Origin: Burkholderiales bacterium | Lineage (GTDB): Bacteria > Pseudomonadota > Gammaproteobacteria > Burkholderiales > SG8-39 | DNA length: 64,000 bases | Assembly: GCA_041558415.1 (NCBI GenBank) | Contig: JBFFEY010000013.1 | Span: 183 to 64,182 of the forward strand | Direction of reading: 5' to 3' | Shown here: one piece after another, positions 15,925 through 25,780 of the stretch | Position numbering within the stretch: position 1 is the stretch's first letter | Layout: every line of letters starts with the position of its first letter | The notes under the pieces: model-generated | Databases searched by the model: none | The model's input: the letters and a program-made list of their open reading frames with translations, nothing else | What the model was told of the DNA's origin: nothing | Made by a program: the position numbers and the translations under genes

Positions 15925-16803
15925 ATGATCAACTACCAGGCCCTCAAGAACCGCCACTTCCCCGACATCGTGCAAACCTACGTCGAGCGCGACACGATGT
16001 TGTATGCGCTCGGCATCGGGTTCGGCCACGACCCGATGGACGAGCGGCAGCTGCAGTACGTCTACGAGAAGAACCTGCGCGCGCTGCCGACGATGGCCGC
16101 GGTGCTCGGCTACCCGGGCTTCTGGGTCAAGGCGCCCGACACCGGCATCGACTGGGTGCGGGTGCTGCACGGCGAGCAGTCGATTCGCATCCACAAGCCC
16201 CTGCCGGTCGCCGGCACGGTGGTCGGCAAGCTGCGCCTCAAGGCGATCGTCGACAAGGGCAAGGACCGTGGTGCGCTGCTGCTGCAGGAGCGCGAGGTGT
16301 TCGACAGGAAGAGCGGCACGTTGCTCGCCACCGTCGACTCGCTCAGCTTCGGGCGCGGCGACGGCGGCTTCAGCGAGGTCGAAGGCAACGGCCCGAAGGG
16401 CGGCGATCCTGCGCCGCCGACACCGCCGGCGACTCCGGATACGCCGCCCGACATCGTCTGCGACCTGCCGACGCTGCCGCAGGCGGCGCTGATCTACCGG
16501 CTGTCGGGCGACTACAACCCGCTGCATGCCGAGCCGGCCGTGGCGACGGCGGCGAAGTTCCCGCGCCCGATCCTGCACGGGCTGGCGACTTACGGCGTGG
16601 CCGGCCATGCGATCCTCAAGAGCTGCTGCGACTACGACGCCGCACGGCTGAAGTATCTGTCGGTGCGCTTTTCCGCACCGGTCTACCCGGGCGAGACGAT
16701 CCGCACCGAAATCTGGCGCAGCGGCGAGCGCGTTCAGTATCGCGCGCGGGTCCTGGAGCGCGACGTCGTGGTGCTGTCGCACGGCGTCGCGGAGGTCGCA
16801 TGA
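15925..16803 (+). CDS. MaoC-like (R)-specific enoyl-CoA hydratase, double hot-dog
   Basis: The in-frame ATG at 15925 (MINYQALKNRHFPD) lies inside artefactual ORF 14383..16803. A Pro-rich linker is followed by YRLSGDYNPLHAEP and ILHGLATYG. Confidence 0.8.
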   Translation: MINYQALKNRHFPDIVQTYVERDTMLYALGIGFGHDPMDERQLQYVYEKNLRALPTMAAVLGYPGFWVKAPDTGIDWVRVLHGEQSIRIHKPLPVAGTVVGKLRLKAIVDKGKDRGALLLQEREVFDRKSGTLLATVDSLSFGRGDGGFSEVEGNGPKGGDPAPPTPPATPDTPPDIVCDLPTLPQAALIYRLSGDYNPLHAEPAVATAAKFPRPILHGLATYGVAGHAILKSCCDYDAARLKYLSVRFSAPVYPGETIRTEIWRSGERVQYRARVLERDVVVLSHGVAEVA

Positions 16804-18548
16804 AGCGCGAGCCGCTGGCGACGCAGGCCGCGCCGCGCACGCTGCCCGACAGCCGCGGGCTGAACCTGTACCACGCGGACCCGAGCTACCGCGCGCTGCT
16901 CGCGCTCTACCTGCCGGCCGATTTGCACGCGCACCTGCAGCCGCACTTCGAGCGCCTCGGCCTGCTGGCCGGCGGCGAGCTCGACGCGCTGGCGCAAACC
17001 GCGGACCGAAACCCGCCGCTGCTGCAGCACCGCACGCGCAGCGGCGAGGACCGCCAGTGGATCGACAAGCACCCGGCCTACCGCAGACTCGAGACCGTGG
17101 CCTTCTCCGAGTATGGCCTCGCGGCGATGTCGCACCGCCCGGGCGTGCTCGGCTGGCCGGAACGCATGCCGCCGGCGGTGAAATACGCGCTCACCTATCT
17201 CTACGTGCAGGCCGAATTCGGCGTGTGCTGCCCGCTGTCGATGACCGACTCGCTGACCCGCACGCTGTCGAAATTCGGCGACCCGGCCCTCATCGAGCGC
17301 CTGCTGCCCGCGCTCACCTCGCAGGACATGGACGCGCTGGCGCAGGGCGCCATGTTCATGACCGAGCAGGGCGCCGGCTCGGACGTCGGCGCGACGGAAA
17401 CGCGCGCGCGCTTCGACGGCAGGCGCTGGCGGCTGACCGGCGAGAAGTGGTTCTGCTCGAACGCCGATGCCGCGCTGGCGATGGTGCTGGCGCGGCCCGA
17501 GGGCGCCGCGCCCGGCACCAAGGGGCTCGCGCTGTTTCTCTTGCCGCGCACGCTCGAGGACGGCGCGCCCAACGCCTACCGCATCGTGCGCCTCAAGGAC
17601 AAGCTCGGCACGCGCGGCATGGCGAGCGGCGAGATCAAGCTCGAGGGCGCGCTCGCCTGGCTGGTCGGCGAACCGGACCGCGGCTTCGCGCAGATGACCG
17701 ACATGATCAACAACTCGCGCCTGTCGAACGGCATGCGCGCCGCCGGCATGATGCGCCGCGCGCTCACCGAGGCGCTGTTCGTCGCAGGCCGGCGCATCGC
17801 CTTCGGCCGGCCGCTCATCGCGCTGCCGCTGATGCGAAGACAGCTGCTCAAGCTGATGCTGCCGGCAGAGGTCGCGCGCTCGATGATGCTCTACACCGCA
17901 GGCGAGCTGGAGAAAGCCGACGCCGGCGACCAAGCTGCGCGCCGCCGCGTCCGGCTTCTCACCCCGCTCCTCAAGTTCCGCGCCTGCCGCGACGCGCGAC
18001 GCGCGACCGGCGACGCCATGGAAGTGCGCGGCGGCATCGGCTACATCGAGGAATGGTCGGACGCGCGGCTGCTGCGCGACGCGCATCTCGGCTCGATCTG
18101 GGAGGGCACCTCGAACATCGTCGCCCTCGACGCCATGCGCGCCATCCGGCGCGAGGATGCGCTCGCCGCACTGCGCCCGGCGCTTGAGGGAATGCTGCCG
18201 CAGGGATCGCTGGGTGCAGCGCTGCGACGTGCGCTCGAGCGGGCCTGCGCCTTCGCCGCGCGCGTCGCCGGCAGCAACGACGCCCTGCACGCGCGCCAGG
18301 CGGCCAGCGGGCTGTATTACGCGTTCGCGGCGACGGTGCTGGCGCACGAGGGCACGCGGCTCGCCGAACGGGGCGACGCGCGCCGGCTGCTGCTCGCGGC
18401 GCTGGTCGACGTGCATCGGCTGCGCCCGCGCGACCCCTTCGCGCCGGGCGACGCGGCGCGCGAAGCGGCGTTTGCCGACCTGCTGCTGCCGGAGACCCCG
18501 GTCGCGCCGCAGGCCGTCCAGAGCTTGCTCGCCGGCGGCGCGCGCTGA
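16800..18548 (+). CDS. AidB-like acyl-CoA dehydrogenase (long form)
   Basis: ATG at 16800 overlaps the MaoC stop (ATGA). 582 aa. Motifs FMTEQGAGSDV, WFCSNADAALAMVLAR and EGTSNIVALD. Confidence 0.8.
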   Translation: MKREPLATQAAPRTLPDSRGLNLYHADPSYRALLALYLPADLHAHLQPHFERLGLLAGGELDALAQTADRNPPLLQHRTRSGEDRQWIDKHPAYRRLETVAFSEYGLAAMSHRPGVLGWPERMPPAVKYALTYLYVQAEFGVCCPLSMTDSLTRTLSKFGDPALIERLLPALTSQDMDALAQGAMFMTEQGAGSDVGATETRARFDGRRWRLTGEKWFCSNADAALAMVLARPEGAAPGTKGLALFLLPRTLEDGAPNAYRIVRLKDKLGTRGMASGEIKLEGALAWLVGEPDRGFAQMTDMINNSRLSNGMRAAGMMRRALTEALFVAGRRIAFGRPLIALPLMRRQLLKLMLPAEVARSMMLYTAGELEKADAGDQAARRRVRLLTPLLKFRACRDARRATGDAMEVRGGIGYIEEWSDARLLRDAHLGSIWEGTSNIVALDAMRAIRREDALAALRPALEGMLPQGSLGAALRRALERACAFAARVAGSNDALHARQAASGLYYAFAATVLAHEGTRLAERGDARRLLLAALVDVHRLRPRDPFAPGDAAREAAFADLLLPETPVAPQAVQSLLAGGAR

Positions 18549-18550
18549 AC

Positions 18551-19774
18551 ATGCCCGGCCCGCTTTCCCACATCCGCGTGCTCGATCTGTCGCGCGTACT
18601 CGCCGGGCCGTGGGCGGCACAGAACCTCGCCGACCTCGGCGCCGAGGTGATCAAGGTCGAGCGCCCGGCGAGCGGCGACGACACGCGCGGCTGGGGGCCG
18701 CCCTGGCTGCACGACGCCGAGGGCCGGGATACCAAGGAATCGGCGTATTACGCCTCGGTCAACCGCAACAAGAAGTCGGTGACGCTCGACTTGTCGAAGC
18801 CAGAGGGGCAGGCGATCGTGCGCGAGCTCGCCGCGCGCTGCGACGTGGTGGTCGAGAACTACAAGGTCGGGACGCTTGCCCGCTACGGCCTTGCCTATGA
18901 CGACCTCAAGGCGGTCAACCCGCGCATCGTCTACTGCTCGGTCACCGGCTTCGGCCAGGACGGTCCGCACGCGCAGCGTCCCGGCTACGACTTCATCTTC
19001 CAGGGGATGGGCGGGTTGATGTCGATCACGGGGGAACGGGATGGCCAGCCCGGCGCCGGGCCCATGCGCGTCGGCATCGCCATCACCGACGTGCTGACCG
19101 GCATGTACGCGAGCCTCGCCATCGCCGCCGCGATCGCCCACCGCGAGCGTACGGGCGAAGGCCAGTACGTGGACCTCGCGCTGCTCGACACGATCGTCGC
19201 GTTCAACGCCAACCAGATCGTCGGCTTCCTCAGCTCGGGGCGTCTGCCGCAGCGCTGGGGAAACGCGCATCCGCAGGTCGTACCCTATGAAGTCTTCGCG
19301 ACCTCCGACGGACATATCATCCTCGCGGTCGGCAACGACGGTCAGTTCCGGCGCTTCTGCGCGGTGGCCGGCTGCCCCGAGCTCGCCGAGGAAGCGCGCT
19401 TCGCCACCAACTCGCAGCGCATCCTGCATCGCGCCGAACTGATCCCGATCGTCGCCGAGGTGATGCGCACGCGCGGCAAGCACGAGTGGATCGAGGCGCT
19501 CGAGGCGGCCAACGTGCCCTGCGGCCCGATCAACAACATGCAGGAGGTGTTCGAGGACCCGCAGGTGCGCCACCGCGGACTGCGCATCGACATGCCGCAT
19601 CCGCTCGGCGGCGTCGCGCCGGTGGTGGCGAGCCCGATGCGGCTCTCCGCAACGCCGGTCGAATACCGCATCGCGCCGCCGCTGCTCGGCCAGCACAACG
19701 CCGAGGTGTATTGCGATCTGCTCGGCAAGAGCGAAGCGGAGCTCGAGCGCCTGCGCACGGCGGGCATCGTCTAA
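18551..19774 (+). CDS. CaiB/BaiF family (class III) CoA-transferase
   Basis: 407 aa. The N-terminus IRVLDLSRVLAGPWAAQNLADLGAEVIKVERPASGDDTR is the family hallmark. Confidence 0.9.
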   Translation: MPGPLSHIRVLDLSRVLAGPWAAQNLADLGAEVIKVERPASGDDTRGWGPPWLHDAEGRDTKESAYYASVNRNKKSVTLDLSKPEGQAIVRELAARCDVVVENYKVGTLARYGLAYDDLKAVNPRIVYCSVTGFGQDGPHAQRPGYDFIFQGMGGLMSITGERDGQPGAGPMRVGIAITDVLTGMYASLAIAAAIAHRERTGEGQYVDLALLDTIVAFNANQIVGFLSSGRLPQRWGNAHPQVVPYEVFATSDGHIILAVGNDGQFRRFCAVAGCPELAEEARFATNSQRILHRAELIPIVAEVMRTRGKHEWIEALEAANVPCGPINNMQEVFEDPQVRHRGLRIDMPHPLGGVAPVVASPMRLSATPVEYRIAPPLLGQHNAEVYCDLLGKSEAELERLRTAGIV

Positions 19775-19782
19775 GGCACGAA

Positions 19783-20802
19783 GTGAAGGCGATTGTCTGC
19801 CACGCCTTCGGCGATTTTCATGACCTGAAGGTCGAGGAGACCGCGCCACCACCGATGGTGGCGCGCGGGGTGCGCATCGCAGTCGAGGCGGCGAGCATCA
19901 GCTTCGCGACCAGCCTCTGGGTCGCGGGCAAGTACCAGCACAAGCCCCCGCTGCCGTTCGTGCCCGGCAGCGAATTCGTCGGCACGGTGCTCGAGTGCGC
20001 GCCCGATGTGCGCCGCTTCAGGCAGGGCGATCGCGTCCTCGCCGTCTCGGGCTGGGGCGGTTACGCGGAACAGGCGGTGGTCAGCGAGCACACCGTGTAC
20101 CCGCTGCCGGTCGGCATCGACGCCGGCGCCGCCCTGCATCTGGCGACTTCCTATGCCACCGCCTACGGCGCGCTCGTCTGGCGCGCGCGGCTCGCGCGCG
20201 ATGAAACGCTGCTGGTGCTCGCTGCGGCCGGCGGCGTCGGGCTGGCTGCGGTCGAGGTCGGCCGTGTACTTGGTGCGAACGTCGTTGCCGCGGCCGGCGG
20301 TGCCGAGAAATGCGCGGTGGCGCGCGAGCATGGCGCACAGGCCGCGATCGACTACCGCGAAGGCGACCTGCGCGCCGAGATCCGGCGCGCCACGCAGGGA
20401 CGTGGCATCGACGTCGTCTTCGACCCGGTCGGCGGTGCGAGCTTCGACGCTGCGCTGCGCAGCCTGGTGCCCGGCGGGCGACACGTCGTCATCGGCTTCG
20501 CCGGCGGCTCGATTCCGAACATTCCTGCCAATATCCTGCTGGTGAAGAACATCGCGGTACTCGGCTTCAACATCGGCATGTGGTACGGCTGGTCGGTAAA
20601 CGACGAGCGCGCCCGATACGAGCCAGAGATTCGCGCGGCCTTCGAGCAAATCTTCGCCTGGCACGGCGAAGGCCTCCTCAGGCCGCTGGTGTCGCAGGTC
20701 TATCCGCTGGAACGCTTTGCCGAGGCACAGGACGCGGTGCTCGAGCGCCGCTCGGTCGGCAAGGTGGTGCTGCTCGTCAGGCAAGAGGAGAAAGGCAAAT
20801 GA
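19783..20802 (+). CDS. NADPH:quinone oxidoreductase-like MDR dehydrogenase
   Basis: An in-frame GTG at 19783 gives VKAIVCHAFGDF. The cofactor motif is LVLAAAGGVGLAAVEVG. The length is typical of QOR proteins. Confidence 0.8.
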   Translation: MKAIVCHAFGDFHDLKVEETAPPPMVARGVRIAVEAASISFATSLWVAGKYQHKPPLPFVPGSEFVGTVLECAPDVRRFRQGDRVLAVSGWGGYAEQAVVSEHTVYPLPVGIDAGAALHLATSYATAYGALVWRARLARDETLLVLAAAGGVGLAAVEVGRVLGANVVAAAGGAEKCAVAREHGAQAAIDYREGDLRAEIRRATQGRGIDVVFDPVGGASFDAALRSLVPGGRHVVIGFAGGSIPNIPANILLVKNIAVLGFNIGMWYGWSVNDERARYEPEIRAAFEQIFAWHGEGLLRPLVSQVYPLERFAEAQDAVLERRSVGKVVLLVRQEEKGK

Positions 20803-21593
20803 GTGAAACCGTTATGTACCAGACCGACGGCCCGGTCGCGACCGTCACGCTAAACCGACCGGAGCGGCTCAATGCGATGAACCGCGAGCTGATGGCGGCG
20901 GCGGTCGAGGTTTTCGAAAGGGCGGCGAGCGACCCGGCGATTCGCGTCCTCATCCTCACCGGCGCCGGCAAGGGCTTCTGCGCCGGGGGCGACCTGGCCG
21001 GCTTCGCGGGCGGCGAATTCAAGCAGCCGCAGCCGATCGAGCAGCGCATCGCCGAGCTGCGCCGCAACATGCGCACCTCGCAACTGCTGCGCGAGTCCGA
21101 CATGATCACCATCGCTGCGATCAACGGCGCCTGCGCCGGGGCCGGCTTTTCCTGGGCGCTGGCCTGCGACCTGCGCTACGCCGCGGCGTCGGCAAAGTTC
21201 AGCAGCGCGTTTCTAAACGCCGGACTTTCGGGCGACTTCGGCGGCACCTACAGCCTCACCCACATCGTCGGCACGGCAAAGGCGCGCGAACTCTACCTGC
21301 TCGCCGAGCGCTTCGACGCCGCGGAGGCGGCGCGCATCGGCCTGGTATCGAAGGCCCTGCCCGACGGCGAGCTGATGGGGCACGTGCGCGGCGTCGCGCG
21401 CAGGCTCGCCGCGTCGGCGCCCATCGCGTTGCGCGAGATCAAGCGCAACCTGAACGACGCGCTGCGACTGTCGTTCGCCGAGGCACTCGATCGCGAAGCC
21501 GAGCGCCACTCGCACTGCGGCACGACCGAGGACAACACCGAGGCGGCGCAGGCCTTCCTCGAGAAGCGCCAACCGGTATTCAAGGGACGCTGA
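20799..21593 (+). CDS. Enoyl-CoA hydratase/isomerase (crotonase) family
   Basis: ATG at 20799 overlaps the upstream stop (ATGA). Motifs VATVTLNRPERLNAM and ILTGAGKGFCAGGDL. Confidence 0.85.
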   Translation: MSETVMYQTDGPVATVTLNRPERLNAMNRELMAAAVEVFERAASDPAIRVLILTGAGKGFCAGGDLAGFAGGEFKQPQPIEQRIAELRRNMRTSQLLRESDMITIAAINGACAGAGFSWALACDLRYAAASAKFSSAFLNAGLSGDFGGTYSLTHIVGTAKARELYLLAERFDAAEAARIGLVSKALPDGELMGHVRGVARRLAASAPIALREIKRNLNDALRLSFAEALDREAERHSHCGTTEDNTEAAQAFLEKRQPVFKGR

Positions 21594-21595
21594 GC

Positions 21596-22486
21596 GTGGC
21601 GCTCATCGAACGCGTCGATCGCATGCAGCTCGCGGTAAACGATCGCGCCGCGGCGGAACAGACCTTCGCGCGCCTGTTCGGCGCCGAGCGCGCGCGGCTC
21701 GACGAGAGCGCCCACCTAAACGCCTGGCGCACGATTCTCTCCATCGGCGAGAGCGAGCTCGAGCTCTGCGAGGCGCGCGGCCCGGGCATCGTGCGGGATT
21801 TTCTCGAGCGTTGGGGCGAGGGTCTGCTCTGCGCCGGTTACGCCGCGGCGAGCATCGACGCGCTCGCCGCGCACCTCGATGCCATGACTGCGCCGTACGT
21901 CAGGGAGGGCGACCAGCTCTACCTGCCGGGCACCACCACTGCCGGCTTTCCGATGGTCATCTCCCCGCGCGCGGCGACGCCGCGCGCGCGCGTCGGCCCG
22001 GTGAGCTTCTTTTACGAAGCGACCAACGCGCTCGATTCCGACTGGAAAACGGTCGCCGATCTGTACACCCGCCTTTTTCAGCTCGACCCGGCGAAATTCG
22101 CGCCCATCGCGAGCGCACGCTTCGGCTACGAAGGCACGCTCACGCTGTTCGATCCGCCGGCACGGCTAGACCGCATCGAGCTGTCGCAAACCTTCGCCAA
22201 GCGGCCGGGCGCAATGCGCCGCTTCGTCGAGAAGCACGGCGGCGATGCGCTCTACATGTGCTACCTCGAGACCGACGCTTACGATGCGCTGCAGCGGCGG
22301 CTGCTTGAAGAGGGCGCCCTGCTGATCCCGCGCGGTCCGTCGATCGAGACCGAACGCGACGGCTGCTGGGTGCACCCGAAAAGCCTTCACGGCCTGCTGC
22401 TCGGCATCTCGCGCCGGACGCTCGCCTGGGAATGGTCCGGGCATCCGGAACGGGTGCAACCGCCCCCGCCCCTGCCCGCAGGCTAA
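21596..22486 (+). CDS. Two-domain VOC (glyoxalase/epimerase-like) family protein
   Basis: 296 aa with a GTG start 2 nt after the crotonase stop. The duplicated beta-alpha-beta-beta-beta-like layout and its position after CoA enzymes suggest an epimerase or VOC fold. This is weak recognition by eye. Confidence 0.45.
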   Translation: MALIERVDRMQLAVNDRAAAEQTFARLFGAERARLDESAHLNAWRTILSIGESELELCEARGPGIVRDFLERWGEGLLCAGYAAASIDALAAHLDAMTAPYVREGDQLYLPGTTTAGFPMVISPRAATPRARVGPVSFFYEATNALDSDWKTVADLYTRLFQLDPAKFAPIASARFGYEGTLTLFDPPARLDRIELSQTFAKRPGAMRRFVEKHGGDALYMCYLETDAYDALQRRLLEEGALLIPRGPSIETERDGCWVHPKSLHGLLLGISRRTLAWEWSGHPERVQPPPPLPAG

Positions 22487-22875
22487 ATATTCTCCAGGCC
22501 TGCGTTCTCGGCGACGAAACGGCTGAGCGCCTGGTCCGCGTCCCGCATGTGGGCGAGCGCCGTTTCGAGGTGCGCGACGACCTGGGGGCTGATCGTGCCG
22601 ACGTTTTCCCAGACCAGCGTTTCGTTGATGCGTTTCAGGGTCTCGAGCATCTCGGCATGCTCGGCATGATGCGCCTCGGCGCCGTCGTAGGCCACCGCGC
22701 GCATCAGCGCGTCTTCCGTCTCGTAATGGCGCGCTTCGGCCAGCTGCAGCGCCATCAGCAAAGACCGCATGCCGCCATGGTCGCCGCGGTCGACCGCGCT
22801 GCGCAGGCGCGCAACGAGGTCGGCGATTTCCGCGTGATCGCGGACGACGTTGCCGATGTGTTCCTGGGGTGTCAC
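22483..22875 (-). CDS. Hemerythrin-like metal-binding protein
   Basis: 130 aa. His/Glu/Asp ligand spacing resembles bacteriohemerythrin: ARHYETEDALM, HHAEHAEML, HLETALAHMRDAD. Confidence 0.65.
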   Translation of the reverse strand: MTPQEHIGNVVRDHAEIADLVARLRSAVDRGDHGGMRSLLMALQLAEARHYETEDALMRAVAYDGAEAHHAEHAEMLETLKRINETLVWENVGTISPQVVAHLETALAHMRDADQALSRFVAENAGLENI

Positions 22876-22984
22876 CGCGCGCCTCTGCCTGTCGTATCGA
22901 TCAGAGTCCTAAGTGTATCGCATACCCGTGACAGGCCGTGACGGCGCGCATCTCCGGGTTCTGCGGGTACTCCCGTGATTCAAC

Positions 22985-23557
22985 TTACTTCGGGTTGATC
23001 TTGGTGATCTTGTTGCCCTGTATGCCGAGACCCGCCATCAGACCTTTTTGCGCGAAAACAAAGGCGTAGATGTCGTCCTTCAGCGTCGTCGTCGTGGTCT
23101 GCTTCGCCATGCCCTCGTCGACCACCACTACGCTCGGCCCGACCCCGACCTCGAAACCCTCGGCCTTGTTGATCTGGTTGAGCGCCTTGGCGTTCATGAA
23201 GAACATCGCGTAGCCGTATTTCTGTCCCCCTGCCTGCAGGCCGTAGGAAGCACCCGCAGTGCTGTAGAAGGCGACCGCCTTGCCGTTTCGCAGCAGGGCG
23301 CCCTCACCGTACTGGCCGCCGACGATCAGTCCCGCCTTCAGCACCTCGGGAAACACGAGAATGGCGTGCGCCTTCGGCCCGATCGTCTTCGCGAAGGGCA
23401 CGCGCCCGTACAGCTTCTCGAGCGTAGCCCGCGCATCGCGCGCCAGCTTTTGCGCGGAGGCCGTCTTGCCCTCTTCCGCCGCGAGCGACGGCTGCCCCGC
23501 GAGCGCGAGCAGCAAGCCGAGCAAAAGGCCGAACCGAGAGAGCTTCGTCATGCGCAT
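22985..23557 (-). CDS. SYLF (DUF500)-domain periplasmic lipid-binding protein
   Basis: Trimmed to MRMTKLSRFGLLLGLLLALAGQPSLAA (signal peptide). Gly-rich repeats GGQYGEGALL and AGASYGLQAGGQKYGYAMFFMN are typical of the family. Confidence 0.65.
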   Translation of the reverse strand: MRMTKLSRFGLLLGLLLALAGQPSLAAEEGKTASAQKLARDARATLEKLYGRVPFAKTIGPKAHAILVFPEVLKAGLIVGGQYGEGALLRNGKAVAFYSTAGASYGLQAGGQKYGYAMFFMNAKALNQINKAEGFEVGVGPSVVVVDEGMAKQTTTTTLKDDIYAFVFAQKGLMAGLGIQGNKITKINPK

Positions 23558-23616
23558 GTCCCCTTGATCAAGGTGCACGGCCGTGGCCGGCCGCCGTCCA
23601 TCGAGTGCGTAGAATA

Positions 23617-24984
23617 ATGGCTGTGCGCGCGTTCGTCGAACCCCTCCGCAGCGGCGGTTTCGCGTTGTTGGTCGGCGTTTCGCTGCTTGCCGGCTGCGCG
23701 AGCAAGACGCCATTGATGCCGGCGCCGACCGTGTACACGCCGCCGGCCTCGAAGCCTCTGTTCACCGCCGCGCTCGGTGCGCGGCGCACGCCGGACATCG
23801 AACTGGTCTACATCACCGACCGCGCGCCGCGCGCTGCGCAGGCCACGGCGCAGAACGCCGATCCCGAGGCGACGCTGCCGTACAGCGCGGAACGCGCGGC
23901 CTCGATGGCCTACGGCACGGTCAGCGTCGGCTTCGGCGAAGCGGTCGACTGGGACACGCTCGCGGCGCAGAGCGTCGCGGCCGAGCGCGGCGTCGATCTC
24001 GATCTGCGACTCGGCACCACGCGCGAGCTCGGGCGCTTCCCGCCGCTGCGCTACCCGCTCAAATCCGCGCCGGACGGCTCTTTCCATCGCGACCCGGCCG
24101 TGCTCGCGCAGCACCGCAGCGCCGCCGACGGGCTGCAGGCCCTCCTGGCGCGGCAGCTTGCCGCGGCACCGCGCAAGGAGCTGGTGCTGTTCGTGCACGG
24201 CTACGCCAACACCTTCCAGGACGCGGCGTTCACGATGGGCGAGCTGTGCCATTTTTTCGGCCGCGAGTTCGCTTGCGCCGTGTTCAGCTGGCCGGCGGGC
24301 GGCAGCCGCGGCATTCTCATGGGCTACAACGTCGATCGCGAGTCGAGCGAGTTTGCCGTGCTGCACCTCAAGCAGGCGCTGCGCATCGTCGCCGCGACCC
24401 CCGGGCTCGAGCGCCTGCATCTGCTGGCGCACAGCCGCGGCACCAGCGTGCTGGTCTCGGCACTGCAGCAGCTCTCGATCGAGCACTACGCCGCCGGCCT
24501 GCAGCCGCTCGAACGGATGAAGCTGCGAAACGTCGTCCTGCTCGCACCGGACATCGACGCGCAGGTGGCGGGAACCCTGCTGTTCAGCGTCAGCTCCGAC
24601 CCGGACCTGTTGCGCGGCGCACACGCCGCGCCCGATGCGCGTCTGTCCTCCGGCGGCCTGCAATTGACGCTCTATGCGTCTCCGGACGATCTCGCGCTGA
24701 GCGTCGCGGAACGCCTGTTCGGCAGCCTGCGCCGCCTCGGACGATTGGACGCGTCGGCGTTCGACGAACAAGCCTACGCGCGCATCGCCGATCTGCGAAA
24801 CCTCGATCTCATCGATGTCTACGGCAGCACCGATCCGTTCGGTCACAGCTACTTTCACTCCAACCCGGCGGTGAGCGCCGACCTCGTGTCGCTGATTCGT
24901 TACGGCCTGGAACCCGGCGACCCGGGACGGGCCCTCGAGGAAGTGCGCAGGCCGTTCTGGCGGATTCGGGAGGCGAATCGCTGA
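23617..24984 (+). CDS. DUF900-family alpha/beta hydrolase lipoprotein
   Basis: Lipobox LLAGC near the N-terminus. Motifs LVLFVHGYANTFQDAAF, VFSWPAGG and LLAHSRGT (nucleophile elbow). The start could instead be the GTG at 23605. Confidence 0.8.
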   Translation: MAVRAFVEPLRSGGFALLVGVSLLAGCASKTPLMPAPTVYTPPASKPLFTAALGARRTPDIELVYITDRAPRAAQATAQNADPEATLPYSAERAASMAYGTVSVGFGEAVDWDTLAAQSVAAERGVDLDLRLGTTRELGRFPPLRYPLKSAPDGSFHRDPAVLAQHRSAADGLQALLARQLAAAPRKELVLFVHGYANTFQDAAFTMGELCHFFGREFACAVFSWPAGGSRGILMGYNVDRESSEFAVLHLKQALRIVAATPGLERLHLLAHSRGTSVLVSALQQLSIEHYAAGLQPLERMKLRNVVLLAPDIDAQVAGTLLFSVSSDPDLLRGAHAAPDARLSSGGLQLTLYASPDDLALSVAERLFGSLRRLGRLDASAFDEQAYARIADLRNLDLIDVYGSTDPFGHSYFHSNPAVSADLVSLIRYGLEPGDPGRALEEVRRPFWRIREANR

Positions 24985-25089
24985 ACGCTGAACGCGCGGT
25001 TGAAGCCTGATCTGCGTCAAGATCCCGAAGTGGTGGAGCGCTAGAGTGATTTAAGCCGTCCGCTTAAACCGTCTAGTAGGAGATCTCCC

Positions 25090-25455
25090 ATGCGCTTTCT
25101 GGCTCTTGCCGCAGTGCTCGCGCTTGCCGGCCCCGCAATTGCCGCGGGCCCACCGCAATTCCAGGTCCGTGACGCGGCGGACTACGTCAAGCTGTGCACC
25201 ACCTCCGCCGACGACGCCAACTACGTCAGCGCGATCGCCTTCTGCCACGGCTTCGGTGTCGGCGCCTATCACTATTACCACGTCTCGACGGCGGCGCCCG
25301 ACCGCTTCGTCTGCCCGCCGAATCCGGTGCCGACGCGCGCCGCAGTGATCAACGACTTCGTCGCCTGGGTAAAGACCCGCGCGGACGTCATGAAGCAGCC
25401 CGCGGTGGATGCGCTGTTCGTCTACCTGACCGGCGTCTGGCCCTGCAAGAAGTAG
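25090..25455 (+). CDS. Small periplasmic protein, possibly Rap1a/Tai4-like
   Basis: 121 aa with signal peptide MRFLALAAVLALAGPAIA. Conserved-looking Cys residues (KLC, FCHGFGVGAY, FVCPP) and a C-terminal VWPC. The family assignment comes from memory of the motif layout only. Confidence 0.4.
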   Translation: MRFLALAAVLALAGPAIAAGPPQFQVRDAADYVKLCTTSADDANYVSAIAFCHGFGVGAYHYYHVSTAAPDRFVCPPNPVPTRAAVINDFVAWVKTRADVMKQPAVDALFVYLTGVWPCKK

Positions 25456-25489
25456 CGGATCGACGCACATCGAACGAGGAGATCAAGCG

Positions 25490-25765
25490 ATGAACGGCAA
25501 ACTGATTGTTTCTTGTGCGCTGGCCGGCACGCTGCTGCTTGGCGGCTGCGCCAGCATGAGCGATACCGAACGGCGCACCGCCACCGGTGCCGCGATCGGC
25601 GGTGCGGCCGCAGGCGCCATCACCGGCGAATGGGGCTGGGCAGCCGGTGGCGCGGCGATCGGCGCGATCGGCGGCTATCTGTACGACCAGAACAAAAAGG
25701 CCGACGAGCGCCGCCAGCGCGAGGCCTACGAGCAGGGCGTGAAGGACGGCCAAAAGAAAAAGTAG
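25490..25765 (+). CDS. Glycine-zipper lipoprotein
   Basis: 91 aa with lipobox LLLGGC. Glycine-zipper stretch GAAIGGAAAGAITGEWGWAAGGAAIGAIGG, then a charged tail. Confidence 0.75.
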   Translation: MNGKLIVSCALAGTLLLGGCASMSDTERRTATGAAIGGAAAGAITGEWGWAAGGAAIGAIGGYLYDQNKKADERRQREAYEQGVKDGQKKK

Positions 25766-25780
25766 CCGTCGTATCGTGAC

